Origin: a virus
Taxonomy: Duplodnaviria > Caudoviricetes
Length of the DNA: 64,000 bases
IMG/VR virus record: IMGVR_UViG_3300043419_000448
Span: 743-64,742 of that record
Reading direction: 5' to 3' (one strand)
Position 1 is the stretch's first letter. Every line of letters begins with the position of its first letter. A program made the position numbers and the translations under genes. Below the pieces are notes generated by a model, which did no database searches, was not told where the DNA came from, and saw nothing but the letters and a program-made list of their open reading frames with translations. Positions 32,701 to 42,088 of this stretch are shown one piece after another.

Positions 32701-33528
32701 ATTTAACATTCCTACACCAGGAACTATTAGTGATGGCTGACCATTATTTGCAACTAATGTTGTGTGCCCAGAAGTTCCGTAAACCAAAGGTATGCCAGAA
32801 TTCTTTGCCCTAATCATATTGTCAGAGACAAGATAATATGCATCTAACTCTTGAAGACCATAGCATTTAGCAACAATACCCTTATAGGGGGCTAGTGAAA
32901 TTGATGATGGAATATCTATAACATTTGTTCCAAGTGACGTAGAAGCAAACTCTTCTGACCACTGACCCAGGGTTATTCCATTTACCCTAAATATGTGAGT
33001 TGCCTCTTCATCTCCAACAAAGTTAATCTTAAAGACTATCTTTATGCCAGTATCTTCTGGCGGTGTGTCAAATGTTTCAGAAATAAATAGCCAGTTATTG
33101 TTTACAACAGTATCAAAATTTTTGAGATGTCTTACCTCTGTACCACTTGTTTGATCTCTATATTGATACCCTATTGAAAATCCAGATATATAAGAACTTT
33201 CAGAATAAAAATATCCACTAACAGAAAATGTTTTTAAATCTTCATTGAGTTGATCTATATTTATAATCTCTGGACTAATAGCAGTAATAGATGCTGTTTT
33301 ATCTAAGATAGTATTTGCAGTAATCTTGCCAACATAACTATCAGGAAAAGGCTCTCCTGCAGACTCTAAATATGTAGAAGCAGTTCCTCCATAGATTGTC
33401 CAAGAAGAAAGGTTTCTTTGCTGCTCAGATATCAGAGATATATAATCTGCTCCATCATCAAGAGCCCACAATCCAGTAGGGTGTTCTGCAAACACCTTTT
33501 CTGCATATAGGTTTGATGGAGTAGACAT
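29776..33528 (-). CDS. large virion protein with LamG/ConA-like domains
   Basis: 1250 aa; EHPTGLWALDD, YTLETWLR, LYVGG...FTGKI patterns. Confidence 0.6.
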   Translation of the reverse strand: MSTPSNLYAEKVFAEHPTGLWALDDGADYISLISEQQRNLSSWTIYGGTASTYLESAGEPFPDSYVGKITANTILDKTASITAISPEIINIDQLNEDLKTFSVSGYFYSESSYISGFSIGYQYRDQTSGTEVRHLKNFDTVVNNNWLFISETFDTPPEDTGIKIVFKINFVGDEEATHIFRVNGITLGQWSEEFASTSLGTNVIDIPSSISLAPYKGIVAKCYGLQELDAYYLVSDNMIRAKNSGIPLVYGTSGHTTLVANNGQPSLIVPGVGMLNDSGQFKQYTLETWLRINSYTNGRKRIIGPIGSTDGIYVDGPSIGLKVGNEYKTNYVGEWTRPMLVHLKVGTDIASVLINGEEVISLPYSQELASLPSEFVGGKSQDWIGFYAYDDISPIDIDCVGIYPYLVPSAVAKRRFVFGQGVEIPENINTSYSGTSVTIDYSFADYTANYSYPKTGSWNQGFSDNIVTTNKALSVVSNPLPETILSSKTESELFADNKTANSVSNSENFLYDQRDYFTFRPTASSWDAVKGYLFFKNFDVLSTPISAFYGCFQLKGVVSQSQILFKIEKENTSDYFKIEVANNKLRYVIYANKKTEVLYESQVLDANEFIEVGVNIPRFVEIFGNPVSNFFGSLSDLRLYVGGDKDDTGTKNSTFTGKIYNIGLSTKYNFQKIKNLFNEIGIPKLNEDLFAAYQSNQLIDIDGGIDTVSEPPFGGLTDTSPGAISGGGVVLMEEDFLIEHTASYTLVPDIIFDKYTLAISANAYWEDNLPLTYFAESVFDKRGDQYFDLDFIQFNFNYPIPTKTIAIETEPVDWTYADLANQYALPVERNYDSLDNYLFTGYNDYEDLKNKVAKDYKYDTDGSLVKTYVTFQYTELGANATSEYFVKVERPSRDGVLVPGSDWMRTKYEVVDSMIIYPPSGVDFNDLSIVTHIDINVKNSSVNNVSIKKMSYASQALNESDASPIGTRFGTPIYPYTKSGIYYDFKKNNPFSIYDSSSPYLYLTKTSGIQLRGKYDPLINRGLMIPVNSSRSDGFKVIAMQLAVRFDGDYFPYAPTEIFEIESKGSYIKFYLVACDPSGRRAKIYAIDTKTGLVQNGIGFYWNGKIVKEPVITLQDWGFLGINFADSLDFSYFEGAIRLTGPLLFNNISFYQSTNLQEVQNVSERPWFRVKVLNSSELDWKFWNTGSLNWNKVLVLSETSYYGVNPSEVYKSYTGTNKIIVEDDSLLRFGNYKYTAYSDINWNQTVVDPA

Positions 33529-33553
33529 TATAGGTCTATTTTACCACAGAAGA

Positions 33554-35587
33554 CTACTTGTTTATTTTAATTTCGCAATAGTCTGTTGTGCAGTATGCTT
33601 CACCTTGTGCTTCAAGATTATCAACACCATCATAAATAGCACCAAAGTCAATATGCTTCAACTTGCCAATGTATGACTCATATTGGTCTTCAGTAATCTG
33701 AGTGTATGGCTGTTGAGGATAAACTGTGTTTCCCATTGGAAGGAAAGATACTGCCTTTAGTTGTCCCTCGTACATGTGAAGTGCTGGAACAACGTGCTTT
33801 GATTCTGTTTCCTTATCAAATGAAAGTGTTACAGAAACACCATTATCTGACCAGTACTTTTGAGCAGTTGCTGCAAGTGCAATCTTTTCAAATAGTGTTA
33901 CATCCTTTTCAGATCTTGGATGACCTGATTTGATTGGGAAGTAGACTACTGATGTATTTGCTGACACTACGTCATCTTCAATTGTGTACCCCGCTGCTTT
34001 GAACAAATGCATCATTGGATCTGTGTTACCAAATCTAACTGCACGAAGGAAGAAGTTTCCTCCAGGTCCCCAGTGAACTCCAGGAGTTGCACCAGAAAGA
34101 ATTGAAACAGATCCTGATGGCTTAACTGTTGTTACACGAATTGATTCACGAACACAAAGCCATTCTGAATACTGGTGGTCATAGTGACGGATCTTGTTGT
34201 ATCCTTCATCCATCCACTCACGAACAACTGGCAAACCCTTTTGATCTGCAAATGATGCAATACCTGTAAGTGATGTACCAATGCGACGGTTACGTTGCAT
34301 GATGCCATTTGTTTGTGGCCAGTGTGTTGGAACAAGTGTTACAGTCTTTCCATATAGGTATGCAAACTTAAGGGTACGCAGGAAGTCCTCCTTAGATTCA
34401 TGGCGATTCAAGTGCACTTCTACAAGTGTACATAGTTCGTATGATTCCAATGGCTGCTCCGCACATGGGTTAAATCCCATCACACGATAATCCTTACCGT
34501 CTGGCGCATCCTTTAGTCGTCCATAATTACGAGCAACATCAAGCCAGATAAAACCTGGCTCTCCATTCTCTGTAACTAAATCTACATAATCTTCGTACTT
34601 AGTTCCTACCTCTGCTGAGATAGAGTTATTTGACATCCAAGCCCAGCCTGGATTTTCTTGATCAAATGAGTTACGCTCTGGGAACATTTCTGAATTCTTT
34701 AGATTCATGAATGTTTCATCCCCTGCATTTCCCAAAGCAAGTGTTGCTGATCTACGAACATTGCCTGAAACAACACATGTTCCAATAAGGTTTACCAAGT
34801 CTACGATGGCACGAGAATCTAGTGTTTCTCCGCCTCTGGAGCCGATTACACGGTCTATCTGGTCATGCAACTTGATAAGAGGTGCAGGTCCTGATGCAAC
34901 GCCTCCAAAGCCCTTAATGGCTGCTCCAAGAGGTCTGATCAAATCATAGTTAAACTTCTGAATACTCTGGTTTGGTCTTAGATAAGAGTTGATCAGAAGT
35001 CTGACTGACTCTACCCATCCCTCACGAGTGTCTGGGATTTCAAATATCTGTTCTGGTTCTGATGGGGAGTAGATTGCAAAATTCTTATCCTGTCCTACAG
35101 TGTCAAACCCTACACCGATTCCAAGCATAAGAGCATCCATAACCCAGGCAAACAACGCTCCTGGATCATTCTTGTCAAGATCCTTTGTAGATACCATCGC
35201 ACAGTTTTGTAGTGCTGCTGAGTTCTTCTTCTCCATGGTCATCGGAGTTCCAAATGCCCACATACCTCTTCCTGGTGGTGTCCACTTTAATTCAAACATT
35301 CTTTGGAATGCTTCCTGTGCTGACTTCTGAGCCTTGTAGTCATTCCATGGGAGACGATTCTCTTTAGCATGGTTCTTCTGTACTGAATACATACCCTCGA
35401 TTACACGACGACACACCTCATGCCAACGCTCTTTAGTTCCATCCTCCTTCATACGAGAATAAGTACGAATAAAGGTAATTTCTCCTAAAGAGTTTTCTGC
35501 TGCATCTTTAAAACCAAATGGGCTTGGAGCAGAAGTATACTTTTCTACAAAATCCTCTGGAAGTCTAAAACTAAAAAAATCTGACAT
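33554..35587 (-). CDS. nrdJ: class II (adenosylcobalamin) ribonucleoside-triphosphate reductase
   Basis: PPGRG, LQNCA, GNVRRSA, NPCAEQ..ELCTL, TTVKPSGS, C-terminal CTTDYC. Confidence 0.93.
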   Translation of the reverse strand: MSDFFSFRLPEDFVEKYTSAPSPFGFKDAAENSLGEITFIRTYSRMKEDGTKERWHEVCRRVIEGMYSVQKNHAKENRLPWNDYKAQKSAQEAFQRMFELKWTPPGRGMWAFGTPMTMEKKNSAALQNCAMVSTKDLDKNDPGALFAWVMDALMLGIGVGFDTVGQDKNFAIYSPSEPEQIFEIPDTREGWVESVRLLINSYLRPNQSIQKFNYDLIRPLGAAIKGFGGVASGPAPLIKLHDQIDRVIGSRGGETLDSRAIVDLVNLIGTCVVSGNVRRSATLALGNAGDETFMNLKNSEMFPERNSFDQENPGWAWMSNNSISAEVGTKYEDYVDLVTENGEPGFIWLDVARNYGRLKDAPDGKDYRVMGFNPCAEQPLESYELCTLVEVHLNRHESKEDFLRTLKFAYLYGKTVTLVPTHWPQTNGIMQRNRRIGTSLTGIASFADQKGLPVVREWMDEGYNKIRHYDHQYSEWLCVRESIRVTTVKPSGSVSILSGATPGVHWGPGGNFFLRAVRFGNTDPMMHLFKAAGYTIEDDVVSANTSVVYFPIKSGHPRSEKDVTLFEKIALAATAQKYWSDNGVSVTLSFDKETESKHVVPALHMYEGQLKAVSFLPMGNTVYPQQPYTQITEDQYESYIGKLKHIDFGAIYDGVDNLEAQGEAYCTTDYCEIKINK

Positions 35588-35628
35588 GTGTATCGTCCTT
35601 TCAAAAACGGAATAGTCTTAAGTATAGC

Positions 35629-35653
35629 AGAGTTTTTAAAAAAGTAAAACTCT
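35629..35653 (-). terminator. possible weak hairpin between SDR and nrdJ promoter
   Basis: AGAGTTTT...AAAACTCT inverted repeat; TGCTATACT -10 at 35621-35629. Confidence 0.35.
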
Positions 35654-35675
35654 CCCCTAAAGTTGTGGTTAAGAG

Positions 35676-36350
35676 TTAATATTTGCCACTAAATATATGA
35701 TTTAACTCTATATGATTTATGTTAACATGCTTTGGTAATTCCGAAACCCAACGTATACATTCAGCCATATCTTCTGCAGTTAGAGCAGCAGATCTTTTCT
35801 CTTCTTGTGTATCAATAGTTCCTGGACATATTTCAGTAATCTTAATACCATACTCTGGAAACTCTAGTCTCATTGTATCAACAAGGGCCATCATACCTCT
35901 TTTAGCATTTGTATAATTACCGCCAGATCTATAGGAAAACTTTCCACCCAAAGAACTGATGAATATTATTGTTGGCGATTCCGACTTCTTCATAGAGGGA
36001 ACGAAAAGTTGAGATAAATACATAGGACCAGAAACATTTATGTCGTATGCTCTTCTGAAATTGTCCATAGTTTCATGAATTATGTGAGTTGGGCTTGCGC
36101 CTCCACCAGCATTATTTACCAAGAGGTCTATGGTTATTCCTTCATATTTTTCATAAAACTTTTTAATTTGAGAAGAGTCTGTAATGTCCATTTGATAAAC
36201 CTCTACATTATCAGACACAAGTTCAGATACTTTTGATAAGTCTCTTGAAACTGCTATAACTTTATATCCATTCTCAGATAAAAGTTTTACAGTTGCTAAT
36301 CCAACACCTTTGCTGGCACCAGTTACAATTGCTGTTTTTTGACTATCCAT
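35676..36350 (-). CDS. short-chain dehydrogenase/reductase
   Basis: TGASKGVG, LVNNAG, YTNAK catalytic YxxxK, ICPG. Confidence 0.92.
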   Translation of the reverse strand: MDSQKTAIVTGASKGVGLATVKLLSENGYKVIAVSRDLSKVSELVSDNVEVYQMDITDSSQIKKFYEKYEGITIDLLVNNAGGGASPTHIIHETMDNFRRAYDINVSGPMYLSQLFVPSMKKSESPTIIFISSLGGKFSYRSGGNYTNAKRGMMALVDTMRLEFPEYGIKITEICPGTIDTQEEKRSAALTAEDMAECIRWVSELPKHVNINHIELNHIFSGKY

Positions 36351-36999
36351 TTAGAACTCTTTCCATGATATTGTGAAGATCATTAAAACCATTTTTACTA
36401 TCTGGCTTGATCCTGCTCCAGACATCATCGGTATCTCCCTTGTGGATTAAATAATATCCAAACATTGATAAAATGTCCCTCTGCATCCTTTTGCTTTCTT
36501 CAAATGCATGGTGAATTCCTCCGCTATGCTCTATAGCAATAATATCAAATTTGTATCTGCTAAGTGGCAAGTTTAACAATGCTAATGTGTTTGCGTGGAT
36601 TCCTGCATCTGAATCAATATCTATTGATAGAAAGTTTATTATATTTGGAAAATTGTTTTCTTTAAAATGCTTTTCCCAATTAACTCTTAGCGCATTATCA
36701 TTAATGCATTTATTTTTTCTATTATCATTAAATAGTTCAGAATAGTATTTTGAAATTTCAATAGATATGCCATTCCAACCGTGCTCTTTTTCTAAGAAAT
36801 ATGTATTGCTTCCATCCTTAAAATGGTTAGCGCCAACCTCTACATAAAATCCATTTTTTAAATCATTATTAAACTTATAAGCAATGACTGCATGCATAGG
36901 CGTATCTTCATCATTTTTAAAATCATCAAGAGTCCACTCAGAACATTCATGCGAAATGCCTTTATAGTCTTGCTTTATGATTTTTTTTATTGAATTCAT
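36343..36999 (-). CDS. FkbM-like SAM-dependent methyltransferase
   Basis: GFYVEVGA, SNTYFLEK..GWNGISIE, FLSIDID. Confidence 0.78.
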   Translation of the reverse strand: MNSIKKIIKQDYKGISHECSEWTLDDFKNDEDTPMHAVIAYKFNNDLKNGFYVEVGANHFKDGSNTYFLEKEHGWNGISIEISKYYSELFNDNRKNKCINDNALRVNWEKHFKENNFPNIINFLSIDIDSDAGIHANTLALLNLPLSRYKFDIIAIEHSGGIHHAFEESKRMQRDILSMFGYYLIHKGDTDDVWSRIKPDSKNGFNDLHNIMERVLNG

Positions 37000-37005
37000 T
37001 AGGCT

Positions 37006-37728
37006 TTATGAACCAGTATTAAAGGCCATATCGTTGTGAATCCAATGACCTGGAACCATGTACTTAATGCCACTCTTAACTCTATGAGCAGTATGGAAAT
37101 ATGGTGCAGATGATGGGAAGATAATTACGCTGTTTGCTTTTGGCTTTACTCCAAAGTCTATAGAGTTTTCCTTAACAGCAACATCGTAGTCTGGATCTAC
37201 TGCAGGTGCCCCCGCTGTCCAGCCAGTACTACTTGTCCATCCTCCATCATAATCCTTTAGTTGAAAAGAAATCTCTCCTCCGTCATTGTCATCATTAAGA
37301 TACATAACAAGGGAATACCTAAGAGTTTTATCTCCATCTAACTGATCAAAGTGTGAGCCCATATCAACATTGGTGTTGTACTTCTTTATATTAAAAGTAG
37401 GAAAAATATTAGGCTCATCATTATCTCCAAGAGACTTAGCATAGTCTTTTGATACCTTGTTAAAAGTATCTAAAACAGCATTATAGATATAAGCCATCTT
37501 TTCTTTTATTGGGTCATCGAAGCCACGAATTGCTGTTGCATCAAATGTCTTTGTGACTCCATAAATAAATGTTTTATCGTTTGATGATGTCCACAAGTTC
37601 CAATTGTTTATCTCTCCATCTGGAGAACCAAGTGCATCCAACTCATCAATAACGCTCATGAACTTATCAAAGTCTTCAATTGCATCTGTGTAGTAGTAAG
37701 TCTTTGGGTCTAATATTTCTCTATTCAT
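37006..37728 (-). CDS. 2OG-Fe(II) oxygenase (prolyl hydroxylase-like)
   Basis: HFD...YLNDD.DGGEI...H...SGIKY. Confidence 0.85.
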   Translation of the reverse strand: MNREILDPKTYYYTDAIEDFDKFMSVIDELDALGSPDGEINNWNLWTSSNDKTFIYGVTKTFDATAIRGFDDPIKEKMAYIYNAVLDTFNKVSKDYAKSLGDNDEPNIFPTFNIKKYNTNVDMGSHFDQLDGDKTLRYSLVMYLNDDNDGGEISFQLKDYDGGWTSSTGWTAGAPAVDPDYDVAVKENSIDFGVKPKANSVIIFPSSAPYFHTAHRVKSGIKYMVPGHWIHNDMAFNTGS

Positions 37729-37737
37729 TATATCCTC

Positions 37738-38397
37738 CTAGTACCTATTCTTTTCATAGTGATCTTTTTCTTTTATAAAGCCAACTACGACATATCTTAT
37801 TGGTCCGTCTTGTACATGTCTTACTCCATGTTCGTGCTTTTCATCCCCTGGGAAAAATAGCATGTCTCCTGGTTTTGGCTTCAATGATATATCAAGGTTT
37901 GGGAAAAATAATTCTCCTCCTTCATACTCATCATTTATATAAACTATTGTCGCATATCTTATTGAAGGGTCTGTATGCTGATCTGTGTGCGCTTTTAATT
38001 CAACCCCTGGCTGCATTCTTTGAATTGTTGCCAATCCGCTAAGGATTAGAGATGGGTCTGAATTATTTACCATGCTCTGAAGTCGTTCATAGAATACATG
38101 CTGCTCTTTATGATGCTGAATATTTAAATTTTTATCTACCCAGTTTTGAGTAATTTCAAACTTGCCTTCAGCAACAAGGTTATCAACATCTTCTCTTCCA
38201 AATTTTTGCAGGCAAAACTTTTTTAAGTTACTCATATATTCTACTTCCCAGTCAGCCTGAGATGCATTTAATATTACCCCAAAAACAAAGTCTAAATCTT
38301 CTTTTGTTAGAAAATCTTTAACCCAAAGTATCTCGTTTGTGATTTCTTCAAATACAAAGTTTTTGTCTATAAGTTCTTTTTTAAATGCATCAAGCAT
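37738..38397 (-). CDS. 2OG-Fe(II) oxygenase
   Basis: HTD...YINDEYEGGEL...HGV...RY; start MLDAF overlaps upstream stop. Confidence 0.85.
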   Translation of the reverse strand: MLDAFKKELIDKNFVFEEITNEILWVKDFLTKEDLDFVFGVILNASQADWEVEYMSNLKKFCLQKFGREDVDNLVAEGKFEITQNWVDKNLNIQHHKEQHVFYERLQSMVNNSDPSLILSGLATIQRMQPGVELKAHTDQHTDPSIRYATIVYINDEYEGGELFFPNLDISLKPKPGDMLFFPGDEKHEHGVRHVQDGPIRYVVVGFIKEKDHYEKNRY

Positions 38398-39145
38398 CTG
38401 GAACCTCGTCCGACTTATATCTATTTCCATCTTTATCTATCTTCCAGCCCTGCTTAAGCAAATCTTGCCATTCGGCTCTTTCAATTTCTTGCTTTGCTCT
38501 GGTCTCTTTCATCTCTGCAGCCCATGCATCTCTCAATTCTTGCGAGTAAGCATCTTCTGGTCTGTCATCCCAAAACGATCCGATTGTATATCTAACACCG
38601 CTTGTGATCATAGAGACCTCATGCATGTTATTAAATCCCCCATCAAATACAGCAAGCATTCCAACCTTTGGCTGTATCTCTAAGTCTTGGTCTGGAAATT
38701 TAAGAAGACCACCTTCAAAGTCATCATTCAAATACAAAAATCCTGCATATCTACTTCTTGTAAATGCTCCAGAGTTACCTTCTGCATCTGTATTATCTGA
38801 GTGCTTTCTTGCATATGCTCCTGGCTCCCACTTTTGTGTATGGTACCCAATTTGGTGTACTGTCTCTGGGTCAAGATCGTGAACACTTGCAATTGCATTA
38901 ATTATTCCCTGCTTAATTTCTGAAAAGATGTTAGGGCTTAGTTCTTCATTTATAACATGCTCATCATTGTCTTCTGGCAAAACTGATGAGTATGACTCAT
39001 AAAAAGATATTGGCATCCATGTAATAGTACCAACTTCTACATGCTTATCTAGGACCTTCACAAGTTTTGCAGATGTTTCTGCATCCAGGAAGTTCTCATA
39101 GACAACTATATCTTTAGTAAGTCGGTTCTTGTTTTCTAGGTTCAT
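38390..39145 (-). CDS. 2OG-Fe(II) oxygenase
   Basis: HSD...YLNDDFEGG...HEV...GVRY. Confidence 0.85.
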   Translation of the reverse strand: MNLENKNRLTKDIVVYENFLDAETSAKLVKVLDKHVEVGTITWMPISFYESYSSVLPEDNDEHVINEELSPNIFSEIKQGIINAIASVHDLDPETVHQIGYHTQKWEPGAYARKHSDNTDAEGNSGAFTRSRYAGFLYLNDDFEGGLLKFPDQDLEIQPKVGMLAVFDGGFNNMHEVSMITSGVRYTIGSFWDDRPEDAYSQELRDAWAAEMKETRAKQEIERAEWQDLLKQGWKIDKDGNRYKSDEVPDA

Positions 39146-40014
39146 CTTAGTCTCACTCCATTTTTGATTTCGGCTCTTTGTGGATACTTGTCTCTAAATG
39201 CTTTTTCTAGTTCTGGCTGCATAGATGCCCAAACATCTTTTCCAAATTCTTTTTCTTTTTCATACCATTCGTCTGTTCCCTTTTGGTATTTTTGCCAGTA
39301 CATTCTTGATAAAAACTTATTCTTATTATATGAAGGCATTACTCCATGAAGGTATGGCTTACCCTCTTCTGTTAAATAGTCTGGATGACCTGATGGGAAA
39401 ACTAATAGATCTCCTGCTTCTGGCTTATACTTTACAAGTTTATCTCCCATAACAAAGTCAACTTCTCCACCCTCGTAATCATCATTGAAGTAGATTGTGC
39501 ATGTTATTATAAATTTATATCCTGGAGCATCTGCTTGCTCTGGCATGTAGTCTGAGTGATATCTCATTCCATGTTTTTCTGTTTCGCTACTTGTATGGTA
39601 CTTTCCTATTGTTCCACCAGTCCATCTCCAGGTGTTAATTGTATTTCCATTATCGTCTAAGCATGTTTCATTCAGATCGACATCAACATTATATCTCTTA
39701 ATATAGTCTGCAGTCACTAGGTGAAAGTTTTCCATCATTTCTAAAACAAAATTCTTTTGGTCTTCCTGAGTTTCTGTTTTTGCATCTACATCTTCTAGGA
39801 TTCCATTTCTATATGACATAGAAAAATTTGGAATGATTGGGTTTAGGTAATCTCCAAAAATAGACCACTGCGTCCAAGGACTAAAAAGCCTGTCTTCTGT
39901 TTCAACAAGAGAATCTGTCAAAACTTTATAAGACTTTGAGACATCCTTAAACATATTCTTATACACAAGAATGTTAGGGTATATCTCAATTGCTTCTAGT
40001 GCTTTATCTGTCAT
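39142..40014 (-). CDS. 2OG-Fe(II) oxygenase
   Basis: HSD...YFNDDYEGGEV...HGV...K. Confidence 0.85.
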   Translation of the reverse strand: MTDKALEAIEIYPNILVYKNMFKDVSKSYKVLTDSLVETEDRLFSPWTQWSIFGDYLNPIIPNFSMSYRNGILEDVDAKTETQEDQKNFVLEMMENFHLVTADYIKRYNVDVDLNETCLDDNGNTINTWRWTGGTIGKYHTSSETEKHGMRYHSDYMPEQADAPGYKFIITCTIYFNDDYEGGEVDFVMGDKLVKYKPEAGDLLVFPSGHPDYLTEEGKPYLHGVMPSYNKNKFLSRMYWQKYQKGTDEWYEKEKEFGKDVWASMQPELEKAFRDKYPQRAEIKNGVRLR

Positions 40015-40697
40015 GGCTGTCTTTCCCCTGTATGCTTTGTTATTTCCCAGAAGAATGGACAGGTATATCTTACACCGCTCTTAATTTCAGTTACTCCATG
40101 GATATAGTTTTTATCCCCTGGGAAAAAATACGCTGCACCCTTCTTAGGCTTAAACTGTACCCCCTGTAGAGGGAAATACAACTCTCCACCCTCGTAGTCA
40201 TCATTCAAATAGAATAAACTAGACAAGTCATAGTTTGGAAAATCATTTGGAGTTCCAGCATCTGGACCTTCATGAAGTTCTTTGTCTGCATGAGGCTTTT
40301 GAAATTGTCCTGGAAGCCACTTAACAATAGTAGTTCCAGTTGGAATAACCTCTACCTTGTAGAACTCTTCTACAATTGGCTTTAGTCTTTGAAAAAGCCC
40401 TGCAACAATTGGAGATATCTGAGGATCGTTTTTATCTAAGGTTGGTTGAGTTGCAACTCGATCCTTCCAGTAGTCTGAGTCATAAGTAACAGTTCCATTT
40501 TCATTTACATGACTTTCAGTTACATCCCAGACTGTTAAAGACTTTGCAGCCTTTTCTAAGAAATCTATTTCTTCTTGTGTCATAAAGTTCTCTAGTTCAA
40601 CAATCATATCCTTGCCATCTCCAAACCAGCCAGATGGTGTTATAGACGGTGTTCTTTTTACTACTGTGTACGAATCTTTGTTTTGTTCCATGCTCAT
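40011..40697 (-). CDS. 2OG-Fe(II) oxygenase
   Basis: HAD...YLNDDYEGGEL...HGV...GVRY. Confidence 0.87.
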   Translation of the reverse strand: MSMEQNKDSYTVVKRTPSITPSGWFGDGKDMIVELENFMTQEEIDFLEKAAKSLTVWDVTESHVNENGTVTYDSDYWKDRVATQPTLDKNDPQISPIVAGLFQRLKPIVEEFYKVEVIPTGTTIVKWLPGQFQKPHADKELHEGPDAGTPNDFPNYDLSSLFYLNDDYEGGELYFPLQGVQFKPKKGAAYFFPGDKNYIHGVTEIKSGVRYTCPFFWEITKHTGERQP

Positions 40698-41410
40698 AGT
40701 ATATCACCATTAAGATTATTCTTTACTGAAAGTTTTAGGGCCTTTACTTCATGGCTTCCCAAAGACTCCTGCTTTTCATTGACTGCATTTCTATACCAGT
40801 CTGTCCAGTTACCAGATGCATTTATCACTTGTGCAGCCTCCCCATACGCTATGTTTGCCTGTTCTCTTTGTCTACCAGGATCTTTGTACTCAACAATGTT
40901 TATCTCTGTATTGTTTAAACTTGTTAGAGATATTGGAAGGATTGTGGCAATTGGTGTTCCAGCCTTTATAACAACTCTTTTATTCGGGGCCTTTGCTCTA
41001 ATTGCTAGAGGAAGAGGATTATCGTAAAAAGAGGTGCTTATTAAAGATGACATAGTCTCAAACTCATCACTAAAATAGTTTACTGGTGTAAACGTAAATA
41101 TGCTAACATCCTGATCTGTTCTAAATACAAGTCCAGTATTTAAACTAATAGAAGATTGCCCTCTACCAGAGTAAGAGCCTTCTGGACTAAAAATTGTAAC
41201 ATGATCCTGTGTTTGATCATTTATTCCATCCCAAAGAAACTCTATATCTTCTGTACATGAGAGACTGTACCCAACTACGTTTGCCTGTGTGACTGGGAAG
41301 CATCGGTAGGCATGGTTCTCTGCTGTAGCATCCATCCAATCTCTTTTAATTGACATTGGAGCAATTTCAAAGATGCTGCCTGGAGCCTTTTCTACTGATA
41401 TATTGTACAT
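40694..41410 (-). CDS. DUF6065-like protein
   Basis: RDWMDAT..HAYRCFPVTQAN..GY and GTPIATILP motifs. Confidence 0.65.
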   Translation of the reverse strand: MYNISVEKAPGSIFEIAPMSIKRDWMDATAENHAYRCFPVTQANVVGYSLSCTEDIEFLWDGINDQTQDHVTIFSPEGSYSGRGQSSISLNTGLVFRTDQDVSIFTFTPVNYFSDEFETMSSLISTSFYDNPLPLAIRAKAPNKRVVIKAGTPIATILPISLTSLNNTEINIVEYKDPGRQREQANIAYGEAAQVINASGNWTDWYRNAVNEKQESLGSHEVKALKLSVKNNLNGDIL

Positions 41411-41416
41411 TAAGGG

Positions 41417-42088
41417 TTATCCCTCTCGATACATTTCTGGAGTGTGAAACTTCTTATTATAATCAAGCATAGTTACAATAGAATACTTGGTTCCTGAATG
41501 AACAGGCATAGCCTGATGAGGATACATGAAGTTTGATGGGAATATAAACAGATCTCCAGCCTCTGGCTTAACCTTTAGATTCTGAAGTCTAAAGTATAGT
41601 TCTCCACCTTCATAGTCGTCATTAACATATGCTACCAAAGAAACAGTACAGTTATAGGAGAATCCGTGGTCATGGTGCTCCATAAAGTGTTGTCCTGGTC
41701 CGTACTTAATAAAGTTAAATGCTTCCCAATACTGTAGTTTATTTATGTTATGCATTTTTGCATAATCCTCAACTGCTGGCAACTTTGCATCATAGATATC
41801 CTGCCATAGTGCCTGTAGATTTTGAGAAACCTCACTAGTATCATTTTCAATATCTGTTTTCTTAAACTTAAAGTCTACGCAATCTCTATAGTCTGGCATT
41901 AATTGCTGATATCCAACATATGCTGGATGCCAGTGATAGGGGATGCCTTCTGGGGACAAAGAGCCGTACTCAGCAACAGATCCAATGTTGCTTTCGAGTC
42001 TATTAATTACATCAAACTCTTTCTTGATAACTCCCTTGTAGCAAAAAATTCCATTACCTAGATCTTGTTTTTCTGTCCATGTTTCCAT
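41417..42088 (-). CDS. 2OG-Fe(II) oxygenase
   Basis: HHD...YVNDDYEGGEL...H...GTKY. Confidence 0.87.
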   Translation of the reverse strand: METWTEKQDLGNGIFCYKGVIKKEFDVINRLESNIGSVAEYGSLSPEGIPYHWHPAYVGYQQLMPDYRDCVDFKFKKTDIENDTSEVSQNLQALWQDIYDAKLPAVEDYAKMHNINKLQYWEAFNFIKYGPGQHFMEHHDHGFSYNCTVSLVAYVNDDYEGGELYFRLQNLKVKPEAGDLFIFPSNFMYPHQAMPVHSGTKYSIVTMLDYNKKFHTPEMYREG

